The notes beneath the pieces are model-generated. The model was not told the origin of the DNA. It made no database searches and saw only the letters and a list, made by a program, of their open reading frames with translations. Positions 25,501 to 39,765 of a DNA stretch of 64,000 nucleotides are shown here, one piece after another. The stretch comes from Spirogloea muscicola (Eukaryota). The position numbers were made by a program, and so were the translations under genes. Numbering within the stretch: position 1 is the stretch's first letter; each line of letters begins with the position of its first letter. The stretch lies in NCBI GenBank assembly GCA_009602725.1, contig WELB01000004.1:701277-765276 (forward strand). The letters run 5' to 3'.

Positions 25501-28500
25501 TGTGAGGGCAGAAAATCTGGAAGGGCATAGCATAAATGTGTCATGAGAGGTCAACCAGGACGCAAGTCAGGAGGAGGTGAATTGATCCCTTCATCCAATG
25601 TCATCGAGTAGCCGGAGAGGTTGATGCAGTCAGGCATCTATATGCACCCCAGCAAGGTTGGTCATACAATCTCTGCTATGCTTTAGTGAGCTGAAAGAGG
25701 TGCAATCAACTATGCACTGTACCTTATCACTTAGCACGCTCGTCAGGTGGTCAACATCACCACCACATTCTTCCAAGGCTTGAGAATCAACCGTCTCGCT
25801 GATTCTAGTCAGCTCATGCATGATGACCTTCATGCCATTGATCTCCTGCACAAATAACAAGTTAAGCTATATATAATCTCACAATCTGCTATGAGAATCA
25901 TTGATGTCCGACAAGGAAAAGCAAGAATTGATGCCATCACAAAGAACATCCATTATTCTTGCACTTGCACCTGTTCGAGCGTTGTCCCATACTCGAGCAT
26001 ATTCATTGCCTTATTCCAGTCATATCGAGCCACGGTTTGCCAATCAGTCTCCGGACTGCACAAGTGCATGAAGCTCTGCTTAGCACCCGCTAGTATTCAT
26101 ATACATGCTACCCACGTAGACACTGTCAAGCATATGCAGACTCTGTCAAGCATCTGCAACATCTATGCGCCACTTTCAGATAAGCGGCCCTTATTGACAC
26201 CCCATGCCCATGTAAGGCGCCATGAGGCGCTTTACGATGCCATTTAAGAGCCACAATTCGCCGGTCAGGAGTACATCCTGGAGAGCAGCGTTCTCTATGT
26301 CGCTACTAAGGTGTAGCAATGCAAAGAGTTGCGCAGATGCGTACTCGGGAGATTCGCTGTTGCTTGGACCATCTCTTGCAGATCTTGGCCAGGTATGCTG
26401 CATCTGCACTTTTTGGTCTGACATCACCTCTGTGGTCTCATTGGCAAGAAGGCCCCTGTTCAATTGCAACAAGCAATTTGCTATCTGTGTGTCAGTGCCT
26501 GAGGATGCCTAACGAGCCTGACCAGGACAAGCTCACGGAGCAATTTGAGCTATCAGCAAGCAGGATCTCCTAAAAGAAGTGGCAGAACCCACGTTTCCTG
26601 CGATCGTCTCAGAGCAGCACGCCCATCTCCTGGCATGCCCTCATTCTTCTTCTGCATCTCCTTAACCTGCATCCAGTGACTTCCTCTACAGTCAGTGATG
26701 CAACACAAGGGTTGGGATGGCTCCGATGAGCGATGGAGCAACGCTGGTAGTTCCAATTAGATAAATACTGGGACCTTCCAGTACCTTCCATTTGAATTTG
26801 TCCTCAATAAGTCCCTTTTGAGTCTCGGAGACTTTTCCGAGGTGCTTCCATACGTCATCACCTGTTCAAGGAGTTGCCAAGTTGTGCTCTTTGAGCCTTT
26901 ACGGTTCTGTTCTGTGCTTGAGATCCTTGGCCACGGCTTGAGCTTCAACAAGCTGTGCGAGAACAACATGGTAGTAGAGCACAAGCAAGACCTGTACTTA
27001 GCATCAGACATCCTACCTTGACAACCTTGACATGTCTTCATCAATCTTTCTATATCAGCTTAGAGCTTTTGAGAGTTCTTGTGCCTGCCAGTATAGCCCC
27101 AACAATGATCGAGGAAGAAGCACGTACCAAGAATTGTGTATGCAGTGGCGAGCGCATTCAGTGCAGCTTTTCGAAGGTCTGCATCCCTCTCTGTGGACAG
27201 TGACGCTATGGCTGCAAGAGCTTTTGTGGATCCCACAATCTGCATGTGCACCACAAGTCAATTGCACGCGGTCAATCAGAGAAGTCCTCTGAATGGAGCT
27301 TCCACTATGTGGCTCAATCTGTCAGCCCGCACAAACAGCATCTTGTTCTGCTGTACACCCTTGTTAGTGTGCTTTTAACAAACACACATTCTGGCAGCCA
27401 CTTGGTGCACAATATGGCTCCTTGGGAGGTGTACATTGCAACACAGATGCTATAGTTGCTATCAACATGGTACACAGCTACGACAACGATGAGAGGCAAA
27501 GTCGGACCTCCACTCCATGTCGCTCAATCATGGCTTCAATGTGCTCAACACATTCAACTCGTGTACGGTTATTCTTCGACTTCAAACCATCAACAATGAA
27601 GGCAAACACTTTAGATGCTGGGTAAAGGCAGCAGAGGTTGCGCATAAGCTCCCTCATCTTCTCTCTTACATTTGATATGTTGTGGCCAAGCTGCATGATA
27701 TCACAGGGCCAATTCAAGGTAGAGTGAGGGGCAAGTCGAACAACTTGTGTTTGTGCATTTTTAAGCTCATGTGCAGGAGCACCAGCTACAGCTCAATCAA
27801 GCAGTGGCTGCACAGATTCGTTGCGATACAGCTTGTGCCTACCTTCTCAACAAGGCAGGGGATGAAAATGTTTGCCTCTGCATCAGTGAGTGTGTAGCTC
27901 TCCTTCTTGAGACAGTCTACCAATTGTGGAAGAAATTCAAGGACCTGCATGGAGAAGTCCAGAAATTGCACTCTCTCAGCTGCAGTGGCACCATCCAGCA
28001 AGATCTGCCAATAACTGTGGTCAATCAACACCAGCAGTCTATATAGACAGCGTCCATGTAAAGTATCTGCTTCCGCAACCGGTGGAGACCTTCAGCAATG
28101 AAGTTGTGTTAGACTCGCAGAGGCGCAGAGTGATCCAACGTAAGACAAGGTCAATCACTTGAATACTTCCTTCCACATTCTCGCCAAGCTCCTGTGAGAA
28201 TAGAGTGCACAGCACATGTCAAACCCCTTGCTTGTTAAATCAAAGCACTGGGTCACAAGCTCAATGCAATACATTACTAATGGGAAATCTCACCCTTTGC
28301 AGCATATCAATTCCTCCCACTTGAATCTTGAAGTCTTTGCTGCACAATTTTTTCACCAGATCCTCACGAAAAACAGGTGCCATGTCTACCTGCAATCACA
28401 CAATGTGTTAGCTAGTTATTTTGCAAGCAGCCTTGACACAACATGGTGTACACTCCTGGATATTCCAAAATGTGATGCAGTTTGTGGAGCTGAAGGTCAG

Positions 28501-31500
28501 GTTCTTAACAATGCAAGCTGCCTCCGAGGAAGTATAGTTATTTTGAGTTACTACTTTCCATTCATCAAGCCTGAATCGGGTTATCTTGGCGGCTTGACCT
28601 CAAGCTCCACTGCGTGCTCCGGTCTTGGTTCCTCAAATTTAAGTCTTCGGCAGAGGTGCCTTTCTCGCTCTTCCTGTGGACATGAAGGAATGAGCAATAT
28701 GAGGATTGATGCTGATGAGCTGATTGATAAATTGATGAAAAACAGGATGTGCTGAGATCTGTGTGCACATTGACAAGCCTAAAGCCAAGACAATGTTTAC
28801 GAGCCTTGTTGGAGTCCTGAAGATTGAAAAGGGCCTGCCCCTGATAAGCCACTGCCTGCGCCTCCTCTGCCGCTTGTTTTGCAGCTTTTGGGCCAGACTG
28901 TGTTACCTTCACCTGCAGTACAGAAAAACATGAGGGTTCAAATGCATATTGGATTAAGGCGCAAATGATGTGAAATCATCAAGGAAGTGTCAGTGACATG
29001 TTAACAGCTGCATGACATCTGTCACTTGACTCATGGTAGGAATGCTGATGTCTCTGCAACACAACTGCTATTACCAGCATGCTCGCTACTGATAAGCTAC
29101 TGAAGCAACCTAATCGTGACGAACCATCAAGACTTGCAGAGCGCAGGCACGTGAGAGTACATACCGTAGAGCATCTTGATTTGACAGAAACTGGTGTAGG
29201 CTTGCTGCTGACATTAGGCCGACTAGGGAAACTAATGTCTGGGGTAGGTGCTGTCTTGCACAAGGGCAAGTTCATGAGATGCCTCGTCTTTTGAAACGAC
29301 TCTGATGCACTCGTGAGATTCATTGGATGCATTGCATGACGATGATGCTTCGTGAAAGCACTTTTCTACCTCTTAGGGATGACCGAAAGCAGAGGACACG
29401 AAGGCATGACTTGATGTGCATACCAGCCTGTTGTGCACAGCCCTTCTTTTCCATTGCGGCTAGAAGGACTGCAAGAGTTGGTGGCTTAAGTTCATCGCGA
29501 GCAGCCTTAAGCACCTGACAGCAGTACAATGTGAGCAAGCCGTCAGCCAAGACCGCCAAAAGTGTTTTGAGTCCATGTGTCTGCACATGGGAAAGATGGA
29601 GAGGCGTAGTTTAGGCTGGCCACATTGAATATGGGATGCATGGAGGACAACTTTACCAGGTCATAAGTGCAGCTGTCAACCAGCTCATTTACTGTAGACT
29701 CAGCGGCTTTCCTCACATCTCCTGCCTTATCCTGCAGGATAGATCACAAATAACACTTGCTCCACTTAGCTCGTGCAGTGGTGCTTCTTCAGACAATATC
29801 AAGTTACATTGGAATTACATAGGACATGCACATAATCAGCAGAACCAGGTCTGCTGATAGTAGCACAACCAGGCTGCAACAGGCTAGCTTAATGCTCCTG
29901 CTAGTGCTATGCTAGTGTAAACAACCGAAGCGGCAATCTAAAAAGCGGCAGGCACCACAGTAAAGAACCTGCAGGCATGCAGCAGCTGGCTTGACAAACT
30001 GCAGAAGCTCTAGTCGATCTGATGCCTTGGGCAGCTGTTGTGCCACCCAATCGAGCAGATCTCTTCTTCCATCTGCACAGAGCTTAGGGTCTGCTAGTCC
30101 GGCTGCAAGATGGACAATCTGCACCAGGAGAGCACACAATATGCAGAAGCTGTATATCAGATTGTTTCATCTTTGCAGTCAGTTCTTAAGGATGTTCAGT
30201 GTCACTATGAAGGGAATGATTTGCACAAATTGTCAAGGGAGGAGAAAGACTCACCATCTTATCAAATGAGATTACAGTAGACCAGATAGTCAAGAGTCGT
30301 AGCACTGCATCTCTTAACATCTTCTTATTATCACTGAGGGACTTGAGAGCCTCAGGTATAATAAGCTGCAAGCACGTACATTACAAGATGCTGCTGTCAG
30401 CAAGGAGTGCAACCGTGATGAGAACGTGGTGTCAACAATGCACAGCAAGCCAGGTCTGCTATGTGGAGCTTCAGGTTGTGATGAACTTGTAGCTGGCACA
30501 CCTTAGTGTATCTCTCAGAACTAGCACCCAGTGCTCCTGCTAGATGGCCTAAGGTGGCCATAGCCATGATGGCCAGGTTCTTGTTTGAATCAGACAATCT
30601 TGTCTTCAAGGAGATGAAAAGCTCGCCTGCAGATCACGTCATATCGTCAGGCGCATAAAATCAGGATACCACAAATCACACTTTCGCATCTTCAAATGTT
30701 CCTCTGCAACATGCTTGACCCCTAAGGCACTTCGGCGACACACTTTTGTGCAGTCTATCTGTCATCTGACCTGTTCCTGTCACTTGAATTCGCCCATTAG
30801 CTTCAGAAATGATTGCGTTCACACACTCAATGGACTCTTGTCGAATCTGCACAAAAAGACAAAGATTGCGGTCTGGAAAAGGCAAGAATACTCTTGTTGT
30901 CAACCTTGACAATTTGCATAGGTAATTTGCTAGAGACTTTGCTTGTACCTGAGATAGGAAAACATTGATGCAAGGCACAGCACATTGTGGGGGAAGTATC
31001 ACCTTCCATTCTGGACTACTCATGTCAGCGAGAAGAGCAGGAGTTAGATGCTGCCCAATGTCCTCTCTGGGTAGTGCGTCTCCACGTAAGCTCTTCACAG
31101 GTGCAGTCTTGACCTGCCTCTTTGGTGCCTTTGGTGGTCCCTGCAATGACAAGAGGGTAAGTGTTGGTCTGTCAAATCATAAGTATCCAAAGTAGGACGC
31201 TGAGCAGCTTCTCTGATCGTGAGCGAATGAAGGGCAACAAGATGTACCTCATAAGGATTCTTTTCAAACTCCGCATCGATTGGTGTCATCAAGGCTGGTC
31301 TGACTTCGGTCAGGAAACCTGTAAGCTCTGCATTGAGAAATAATTGATGATGCAGGTCAACAGGGCTGTACAACAAGCAACTCATTAAGCACACAACACA
31401 GACATAGTAGGTGCTTGACCACTTAGGTATGATTTGAGTGCAACACATGGAAGTGCTATCAAGATGCTTTGAGAAGGTCAGTGCATTCACTGGATAAGTG

Positions 31501-34500
31501 AGATAGTGAACTGCCGCAGCATACACAAACCTGGGCCGACAAACTTGTGGAGACAACCAAGAACTTTGATTGCTGCTGTGCGAACAGCTGCATTACTGGA
31601 GTCAAGACAGCTCTTCTCTGCTTTACAGAAATTTAGGAGTTCCTGTACAATAAGATTCTGAACTTTAGGAGTTTTACATATTTCAGTGGCGCATCTTTCC
31701 AGATACTCACCCTGCTCTAGCGTTGCAGACCAATCTAAGGTCCTTTGGGACTTCTTGCAACATTTCTTGCAACAGCTAAATCACAACAGCAGCTACTCTT
31801 GCAGAAGCCAATCAGACTCGGTTGAGAGAGGTCTATGAGAGAAATGGGTTTGCAGAAGCACCTTCAATTTGAATTGACCAACGCCAAACTCTTCTATGGT
31901 CATCGCCATCCAAAGCAGTCCCTCACTTTGCACCTTGGGATTCTTGTGCTCCTTCATTATCTTGTACATCTGCGACTTGAAGAGATTCCACTGAGAGCCC
32001 AGACCTTGTACTATGCTGTTGCACAGTAACAAGCTTGCATTTCTAGGCAGTTGCTATCTTTGAGCTACTACCAGCTCAATATACAGTGCGCACGACTTAT
32101 GGTGTCATCGGCAACTGCATGGCGGAGCATATCAAGCGAAATTGCACGGGAACAATTAACAGCTGAAAGAACTCGACACTTTTACACCATAATACAATAG
32201 CCTGATTGGAGGGCTGACAGGAGGTCACCCGCTCGAAGACAAATTGAGGGCCCACTGTCTCACAAAAGGCTGTCAGGCAGGGTGCAGCCTGCATCCTTGT
32301 CTTTGTATCAGCAAGCTTCTCAATAACTCCTGTTCAGCAGACACAGAGCTATGAGCCAAGATATCACTGATAATGGTGGATTGATTGCAAGTCTCAGCAC
32401 TGCTTCGGGACGACAAGATCTGGTGGTCCAACTTTACATCTCGCTTGTACGCAGCAAGCATGTGGCAGCGAGAAAGTTTGCAAAATCTGGCCAAGAGGAG
32501 TTCATATGTCAATACCAGGAAGACAAATCAGCACACATCGTTTTGAAAATTTGGTGCTTGCATGAGCCAGGGTTGTAATACATTCAAGCATCTTCTGCAT
32601 GACCTGCAGTTCAAATTTGCAGAAGTAAACAAGAAGTAAGGCCTTGAAACCCCAACTATGGTTGCATGTATGTCACTCTAGCATCTGGAGATCAAGTATT
32701 CACCTGAATGTTTTTGTCACCCCACCCAGGGGAGACAGAGAGCAATCTGACCAGCAGTTCAGCATGGACATCAACGCTCGACCCCATCCCGTCCACGGTC
32801 TCATTAAGCACACCCATTGCTACAAAGAAGCAGACAGCTCCTCTCAGAAATGTACCATCAGATGAAGATGCCGACATGCAATTAAGCCATGCACTGCCAG
32901 CTTACAGACAGCTGGTCTCTGGAGTTCAAGAGCATCAGATCTGGTACATGACTCACACCTTCAAGCCGTTCTTTCCAATTGGCGCTTTTTAAATCTTGGA
33001 GAATGTCTGACTTCACAACTTCAGCTAAGCGCATCTCCACTTCTTCAACACTTAGAGACCCAATCTGAAGTGCATGTCAGTGCAGAGAAGATACCAGCAT
33101 CAGTGATTATGAAGCAAAGAAAACGTGATTGCAGGTCGCCTGCACTTAGTTGCAAGATCACGTCAAGAGATGCAAGAACACGGCAATGCAAGAACTTTGT
33201 ATTTGGTAGTAGTTGCAACGTCTATAGCTCAATAGCATCAGAGGCTACAGCCTCTACATTGATTGCACCTCGAGATCTTCCTCAGGCTCCACTGATCTGG
33301 CCGCCTTTCCAGCTCCTGTCGATTTCTGGGGCTTTGTCTCGGAGCTGGCACTTGGCTTCCGAATAACCTATGGCCAATCAAACCATTGGCGGACTCCAAT
33401 AAGATTGCAAATTGACCAGCTGAGATGTATATTTAACATGACATAAGCAAGAAGCATTCCTTATAATATAGACAAATTCTTTTCTATACAAGAGCTGTTG
33501 ACCTCTGGCTGTCAGTTCAAGATCTCAAGCAATCCACGTATTAAGCAACATGGCCACACCATGTCCTAAATTTGTATAGTCTCTGCATACTTGGCCGGTG
33601 GATCGCTTTGCCATTAAGGACGCTGCTGCCGAGCCCCTGACTATCTGAACATCCTGCATGCATGACCTCACAAAACTTAGGTATATCTAATTGGAATATC
33701 TAACGAAGTTTCTGGATGCATGACCTTGATATCTTGATGTTTAACAGTGAATCGTTTTATATGCAGTGCAAATGACATGCCAGAAAGCATGGTGTAGGGA
33801 TGCAGCTGCCAATCACCTTCAAGCTGGTCTGTACTGCACCTTTGAGATTAGAAGCTGCCAAGTGGAGATCTGAGAACATTGTTAGTAAATCAGCAGACAA
33901 CACCTAAAGACTCTATTCGCAGACGTCTGCTGGGCACAAGTCCTGGCATGCAAGCGATCTTATTTCTGCCTTTTTTTTTTAAAACATTAGGGAGAATATT
34001 AGAATCACTAGAAGAGAGTTGTTTTTAACACCAGGATTCAGATCCATTTCAATTGTCTACTCGTCAGCAACAACGGCGCGACTGCAACATGCTCTATCTA
34101 ATATAATACTGCTGTTACCCAGCCGCACATGAGGTTGCCATGCAATTCTTCCAACTCTTTGCTTCTTGTCGATGAACTTACTGTTTGTAGATGCCTGATC
34201 GAGGGTGTCAGATCCAGAAGCTGCAATCAACTCCGTCAACTTTTTTCTCCGGACATCATCTAGCTTCTCAATGGACCTCTCTAATGGCCTCAAACCTACA
34301 GCCTGTACAAGCGCTACCCGAGCATCAGCCTGCTTGTAATGGACTCAAAGTTCTATAACTACATCGCAAACATGACAGGATTGCGGCGATGGGAGGCAGC
34401 CAATACGTGCCCAAGTCGAAAAGCTCTAGCTGCAATTATCAGCGTTGCACTTCCAAATTTTTCCAGAATGGGTCACTTATCAAGATGCTTCAAAGCTGGT

Positions 34501-37500
34501 CCTTGCAATCACCTTGGCGAGGCTTGCAAGAGCAAGGAATGAGGAGTCCCTGACTTCAGGTATGCTGTCCTGGAGGCTCTGTATCCGTGCACAGCAAAGC
34601 AGTCAATAAAAGCGCTGCAAGGATCAGAGAGATAGGAGGTCTGCCACAGCGCAAACCGTGGCGCAAACGAGCAACTGCATGTGACATTGCTTTGCCACAT
34701 CGTGGTACCTCCATAAGCAGGGGCACATATTCCTTGTGGAGTTTCAACAAGTCTGCTTTCTTGCTATTCTCAACACAGAAAGTAATCCATGCCAGAGTCT
34801 CTGCGCGTACTCCAGGAACCTTGTTCTTGGCAGCAAGTTTGACATCTGCAGGTGGTATTGGAGACAGGGGAAGCAGTCAGATGACTTTTCTGCAAGCAGC
34901 TTGCTATGCTCATGAAAGAGACTGTGCTATTCGATCAACGGCTATTACCGCTGCTGCCCTCAAGGCATGCTGAGAAGAAGCATGACAATCATTTGAGAGC
35001 TCCTGCTCTGCTCCTAAGACAATCCCTGAGCTTAGGTCTATGCTTCTATAAAAAAACCCAGCTCCTTCTCCTCTTTCGAATGAGCTGCCCATATGCTACA
35101 GACCTTCCAAGAAGTCTGCCATTGGTAAGCACCCGCTTTTGTGTATGGCTTGTAAAGCTTCTCTGACTGCTTGCAATATTGTGGGCTTCTTCTCCTTGAA
35201 TTTGTCCTGGTGCAGCACTCGCCAAATGACATCAGCTGAAGTTAATGCTCCTATGCTCAGCCTGCAGATGATGAGCCTCTTGGATGTAATCCTACTGCTT
35301 ACCAGCAAAACAGGCAAGAGGAGGCGTGCACCACCCGAGAAATTAGCCCTCAGACCTCGGGCAAGATTGCCTGTCGCTTGGATGGCTTCTGTAGCAACAG
35401 CTATATTTACATCTGTCATTAGCTGTGAGGCAGTGCAATACAACATGTCAGAGCCGTGCCACCGCTTGCCTCATGGAAGGTAGAAGTGGTGTTTGCTGAG
35501 CTGCACAACAGCTTGTCGCATGTATATTGCAAGATGGGCTAAATGTCCTGTGCATAACCTTCTTAAGGCTGCGGTAGATCTCCAAGAAATCCCCAGCAGC
35601 TATCTTGGGCACTGAGGAGACCTTTGTCAGCTCTGCAACAGCATCCCTCCTCTCCATCCACTTTGCTGCTTTCTGTTCTCAAAGCACCAAAGACCAGGCC
35701 CACCAGCTTCTGGTCTGTTCAGTCGTAGAATTGAAGAGAGAATGCTGCAAGCAGCATGGAGGTTGGACATCTGGCTGCAGAAGCTCAGCACAACGGAATA
35801 TGCTTACCAGTCCATCCCAGAAGCCTGTCTTCTCAAGGGGGCTTAATATGTTGACAGGGTCCTCGAACTCATATTCATCAACTTCACAAGGACCTGCAAA
35901 GTGTAAGCTCAGTCGTCACTGGGTCTTGTCTGATTGTAGGTGCTGCAGGTACCTGCAATGAGCAGAGCAGATCACGTATACACTCTGGACATTTCGTTTT
36001 TCTTTGAGACGGGTTGACTTTTGCTGCTCAGGTGTCAGCATTCAGCTTGATATACATACCAGCGGCAGCATCATCAGCCACAGCTGAAGCTGCAGGTCCT
36101 GCAACAACTTCCTCGAAGACCTTATCCTGCTCAGAGCGTATCCTGCGGCTTGCAACAGCACCAGCGCTCACTCCCTCAATCTCGCTTTCCAGCTCCTTCT
36201 TCTGCGGTCATGCAATACGTTATTCCTGAGAACGTCCGAAGGTGCAGTGACGGCCACGGTCACACGTTGTCATTGACCTAGGTGCTCATCAACATGGGAT
36301 GGGGCCTGATGGAAAGAAGAAGGCCTGCCTCAGATAGCCATAAGAGGTGGCATGGTAAGCTGCCACAAACAAGATCTTGCAGTGGATGTATCTTACAGTT
36401 GCATCGCGAAGCTCATCAAGTAAGACGCGCTTAATGGCATCCTTTCCGATCCAACGACACAGCTCCACTGTCAGACCCTTGGCAGCAGCACGCACGCTCT
36501 GGTCCGCATGGTTGAAAAGCTTTGGCAGAAGCTTGATGACACGTTTGGCAGGTATCACCTTAGTTCCAAACTGGCTGCAGCAGGATGCAGGTGGACTGTT
36601 GGGTACACAGATGGTGCTTGTGCAAATCCACCTCACAGGGTTCCACTGATCAATCGCAACAGCAACTTGAGGAGGATATGATTTGAATATACAACTATTG
36701 TAAGTCACCTGCAGCTTGCTAAGTAAGGTAGACAGTGAAGGCTGTTACTTACTTGACAGCTTGAAAGAGGGCATCTATTGCAGGAACGACAGCTTTGGCC
36801 ACCTTGTTCTCAACAGCTTTCTCCATGGTGTCCTGAGGGCATCAAGGTAACTCTGGCTTTGTGTCAGAGGCATCAATGCTGCTACACGTCGAGCAGCCTC
36901 CACGTACTGTCAAGGCTTGCATGACTATAATATATGCTTTGGTCTGAGTAGCTTCGCCTGATGCTTCATTCTGATGAAGTAGGAATAAGCAACCGTTTAC
37001 CAAGAATTGTTCAGCTGCCTCAAGTTCCACCCAGAGCAGGAATACTGCCAGCGCTTTCTCAACAGTCTTTGTGCGGCCCGTGAGGCACTTTGCAGCCACC
37101 GCATCGCAGGTCTCCTTAGCAAACCTGCATAGAGGGTTGTCAAATGATCGTGAGTGACCACGTGGCGAGTAAGCTGTCTTCTTCACTGCAATGCCTGGAA
37201 CCATTCCTTGGGGATCGGTGGCAATTACAGAGCATGCATCAAGCTGCACAGAGACTGAACAGCGGTTGCGCTCTCCTCAGACTGGCAGAGGTCCTCTACG
37301 AGATTTATATCTTATCCACTAATGAGTTTTGAGCCTGCTACAGCCGCCTCTGCTCTGACTGACATGTTGAAGGACGTGAAGCCATGAGTGTCCTGCAATC
37401 ACCTGCCATACTCCGCATCAGCTACTTCCAAGAAGGCAATAAGCGCGTCTAGACCCCGCTCCTGCGCTGCAGCGTTGGAGTCCGAGACCAGCTTCTTGAA

Positions 37501-37924
37501 AAGAGGTGCTGCGCCGCAAGACGCCAGACACGGTGCTGTCAGCTGTTCCGGCACGGCTGAAGTTGTGCTTCCCGTAGGTCTGAGCGCAGAGCCCTTGGGT
37601 AAGCGCTGCATGCTGCGGGTCTTCGCGAGCATGATCCTGGCGCCGAACACTCGCCGGCCATCCTCCGTGAGGCGGAGCAGCCAAGCCGAATAGCTGGCCA
37701 GCGAGGTCGGCAGCTGCAGGACCGGCGGCAAAGGCGGGATGGCCTGAGATCCCCGCATTACCGAGCTCCCGCAGCCGGGGGTCCCGAGGCCCCGCGGCCG
37801 CGGCGCAGGCGGCGGCCATGTCGCCGCACGCGTCCGCGCGGAGCTTCCAGTTGCGGTGGCCGCAGCGCTCCTCCCACGGCCACCGCTTCGCCTCCGCCAG
37901 CAGGCGCTCCTCCTCGGTCGCCAT
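22528..37924 (-). CDS. MOR1: Microtubule organization 1 (XMAP215/TOGp family microtubule polymerase), roughly 50 exons
   Basis: Start MATEEERLLAEAKRWPWEERCGHRNWK. TOG-domain exons include KCLTGRTKTVEKA, VELCRWIG, KWMERRDAVAEL, NWKERLE, HKNPKV, LPREDI...EWK, GLKSKNNRTRVEC and VKTVLFEL. C-terminal LLERMRSIQ. Splice sites are almost all GT-AG; the exact stop (22528) is less certain. Confidence 0.95.
24741..24770. repeat. (AGTAAGC)x4 heptamer tandem repeat near a MOR1 3' splice site
   Basis: agtaagcagtaagcagtaagcagtaagca. Confidence 0.9.
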
Positions 37925-38539
37925 GGCGCAGCTCGCGGCGCGCCCTCCGCGGCGCTGCGGCCGCCGCGAGTGGCGGCGCGGAGGACGGAGCCGCGGAACG
38001 GGGGGCCTGGCGCTTGCCGGACAGCCTCGGGTTTGAACAACGCCGCGGGCCGCGCAGTCCTCTGCGGGTTCTGTCAGACGCCGTACAGTCCGTTGGGCTG
38101 GCCCCTCACAGCCTTTGCATTACGTTGGGAGAGCCGTCTCGTCCTGAACCCTGCAGGCCGCGGCGGAGCGTGGCGGCGGAACGGCACCTCGGCCACCCGG
38201 AGCGGCCAGCCGTTACCGCCAGAGGACGCGTCGGCTCGCCGTCGGCCCGTCGTCCGTGAGCATCCTCGTCCTCGTCCTCGTCCCGTCCGAGCTGCAGGCC
38301 GCCACCCCGCCGCTCTCCCCGTGTGCACACCTGTGGCCTGTGGCCGTCAGATGGGGACCTACATAACAAGCAGGCCTCGAGGATAACTCTACAGGAAACT
38401 GGCTCCCAGAGCTCAAATGGGACCAACGTTAGGGACAGGCTAGAGTGTGAAAGTAGCGTGCCCACGCCCACTTGAATGCAGACGTCGTCACGAGCAGAGG
38501 GGGCTCCTTACGTTGGGGCAGTGGCTGTGAAAGTCCAGC

Positions 38540-39500
38540 CAGATAATAGGCAATCCTGTTGATGGGTGCATGAGATACTCGAGGCTCCATGTGGTCGTCA
38601 ACTCGGAAGAAAAGTTAGGAGTAAGGGGAGTTGAAGTAGTAAAGAGTTCTTAGCTTTGCAGTTATCAAAGTCAGATGAGCTCTACGTTGTCAAGGAGCTG
38701 AGGTCGTTGATCTCTTCGTCATCGTTTCCTCTCTTTCACTCTGAAAATCTGACTCACCCTCTCGTTGCTGACCAGGCAGTCATGACTCCGTTTTCTTTGA
38801 CGCACTTTACTGGTGACCTCTCAGCCAAAAGCCTTTTGAGTACAGCCAGCTGGCCAACCCTTTGCAATCACTGACCCCCATGGAGGAGTCTCTTCTGGCC
38901 CTATTTGTGTGCATACAATGCCCTGGCCCGAAGCTGCCAGCTTACAGCGATCAAGAGCAGCTCCCTGCACTCCGGTGCCTGAAGGAATGCTACCGCTGCG
39001 AAGTCACCGCCCCCAACTCGGCGCCACAGCCCTCCTTACCCAAACCCAAGCGCACAAGATCTACAGACCACCTTTCTCGATTGCAAGTAGGCTGCCTCCG
39101 GTACAGTCGCACTGCATGTGCACGGCATGGCAGACTCTGGTCATGGCCACAAGTGTCGCAGAGGCTTTGTCTACTGCAAGCTCAAACGTGTCGTCCACTG
39201 GAGGTTCGTAGCAGCAAACAACAATGACAAAGTAGCTGCAGCTTGTAGCACTACTCGTCATGCTCATCCAACCTCCCGGCAGGGCTCACTAGCCTACTGC
39301 CGCCTCCATCTGGACACCCAGGGCTGCTCAGTGGCCTTGGGTTCTTGTGCAACAGCCTCTCGGGAATTATTGCCATCAACTTAGGCCAACTTGGAGAGCC
39401 TGAAGCACTCATGACTGAAGCAGATGTTGGGCCCATGACTGGCCATAAGCAATGGCAAATTGCTCTCGACGAATATTCCTTGCAGAAGAAGTTCCTGTAA
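38540..39500 (+). pseudogene. Possible heavily decayed plant-type leucine-rich-repeat gene
   Basis: Scattered frames read LTHFTGDL, SSGPI, RPQLGA...LLT, CTAWQTL and LSGLGFLCNSLSGIIAINLGQLGEPEAL, compared with the LxLxxNxLSGxIPxxLGxL consensus. Many stops and frameshifts. Confidence 0.3.
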
Positions 39501-39765
39501 GCATAGACAATCTGCAGATTCTCAGTACCATGAAATCCGAAACATAAGTGCCATGGGCAGCCTTCTCAAATGGATGGGAACATTGAGCAGTCTGAGTGTT
39601 GTCTCGGCTGCAACACACACAGAACACTCTAGTAGATAATGTCTTAGACGTAGTCCTCAAGACTTCGGAAATCTCAATCCAAACAGGGTATGATTCCAGG
39701 ACAGAAGGGGTACATCTCCGCGTACTGCGATGACTTTGATGCTGCATCGGCAAGTTAGATTGCCA

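Noticed and set aside
28660..28810. GC-AG intron in MOR1 (DSNK|EERER)
   Set aside because: Ambiguous: a GT donor and an AAG acceptor, each shifted by 4 nt, give a protein of the same length. It cannot be resolved without RNA-seq.
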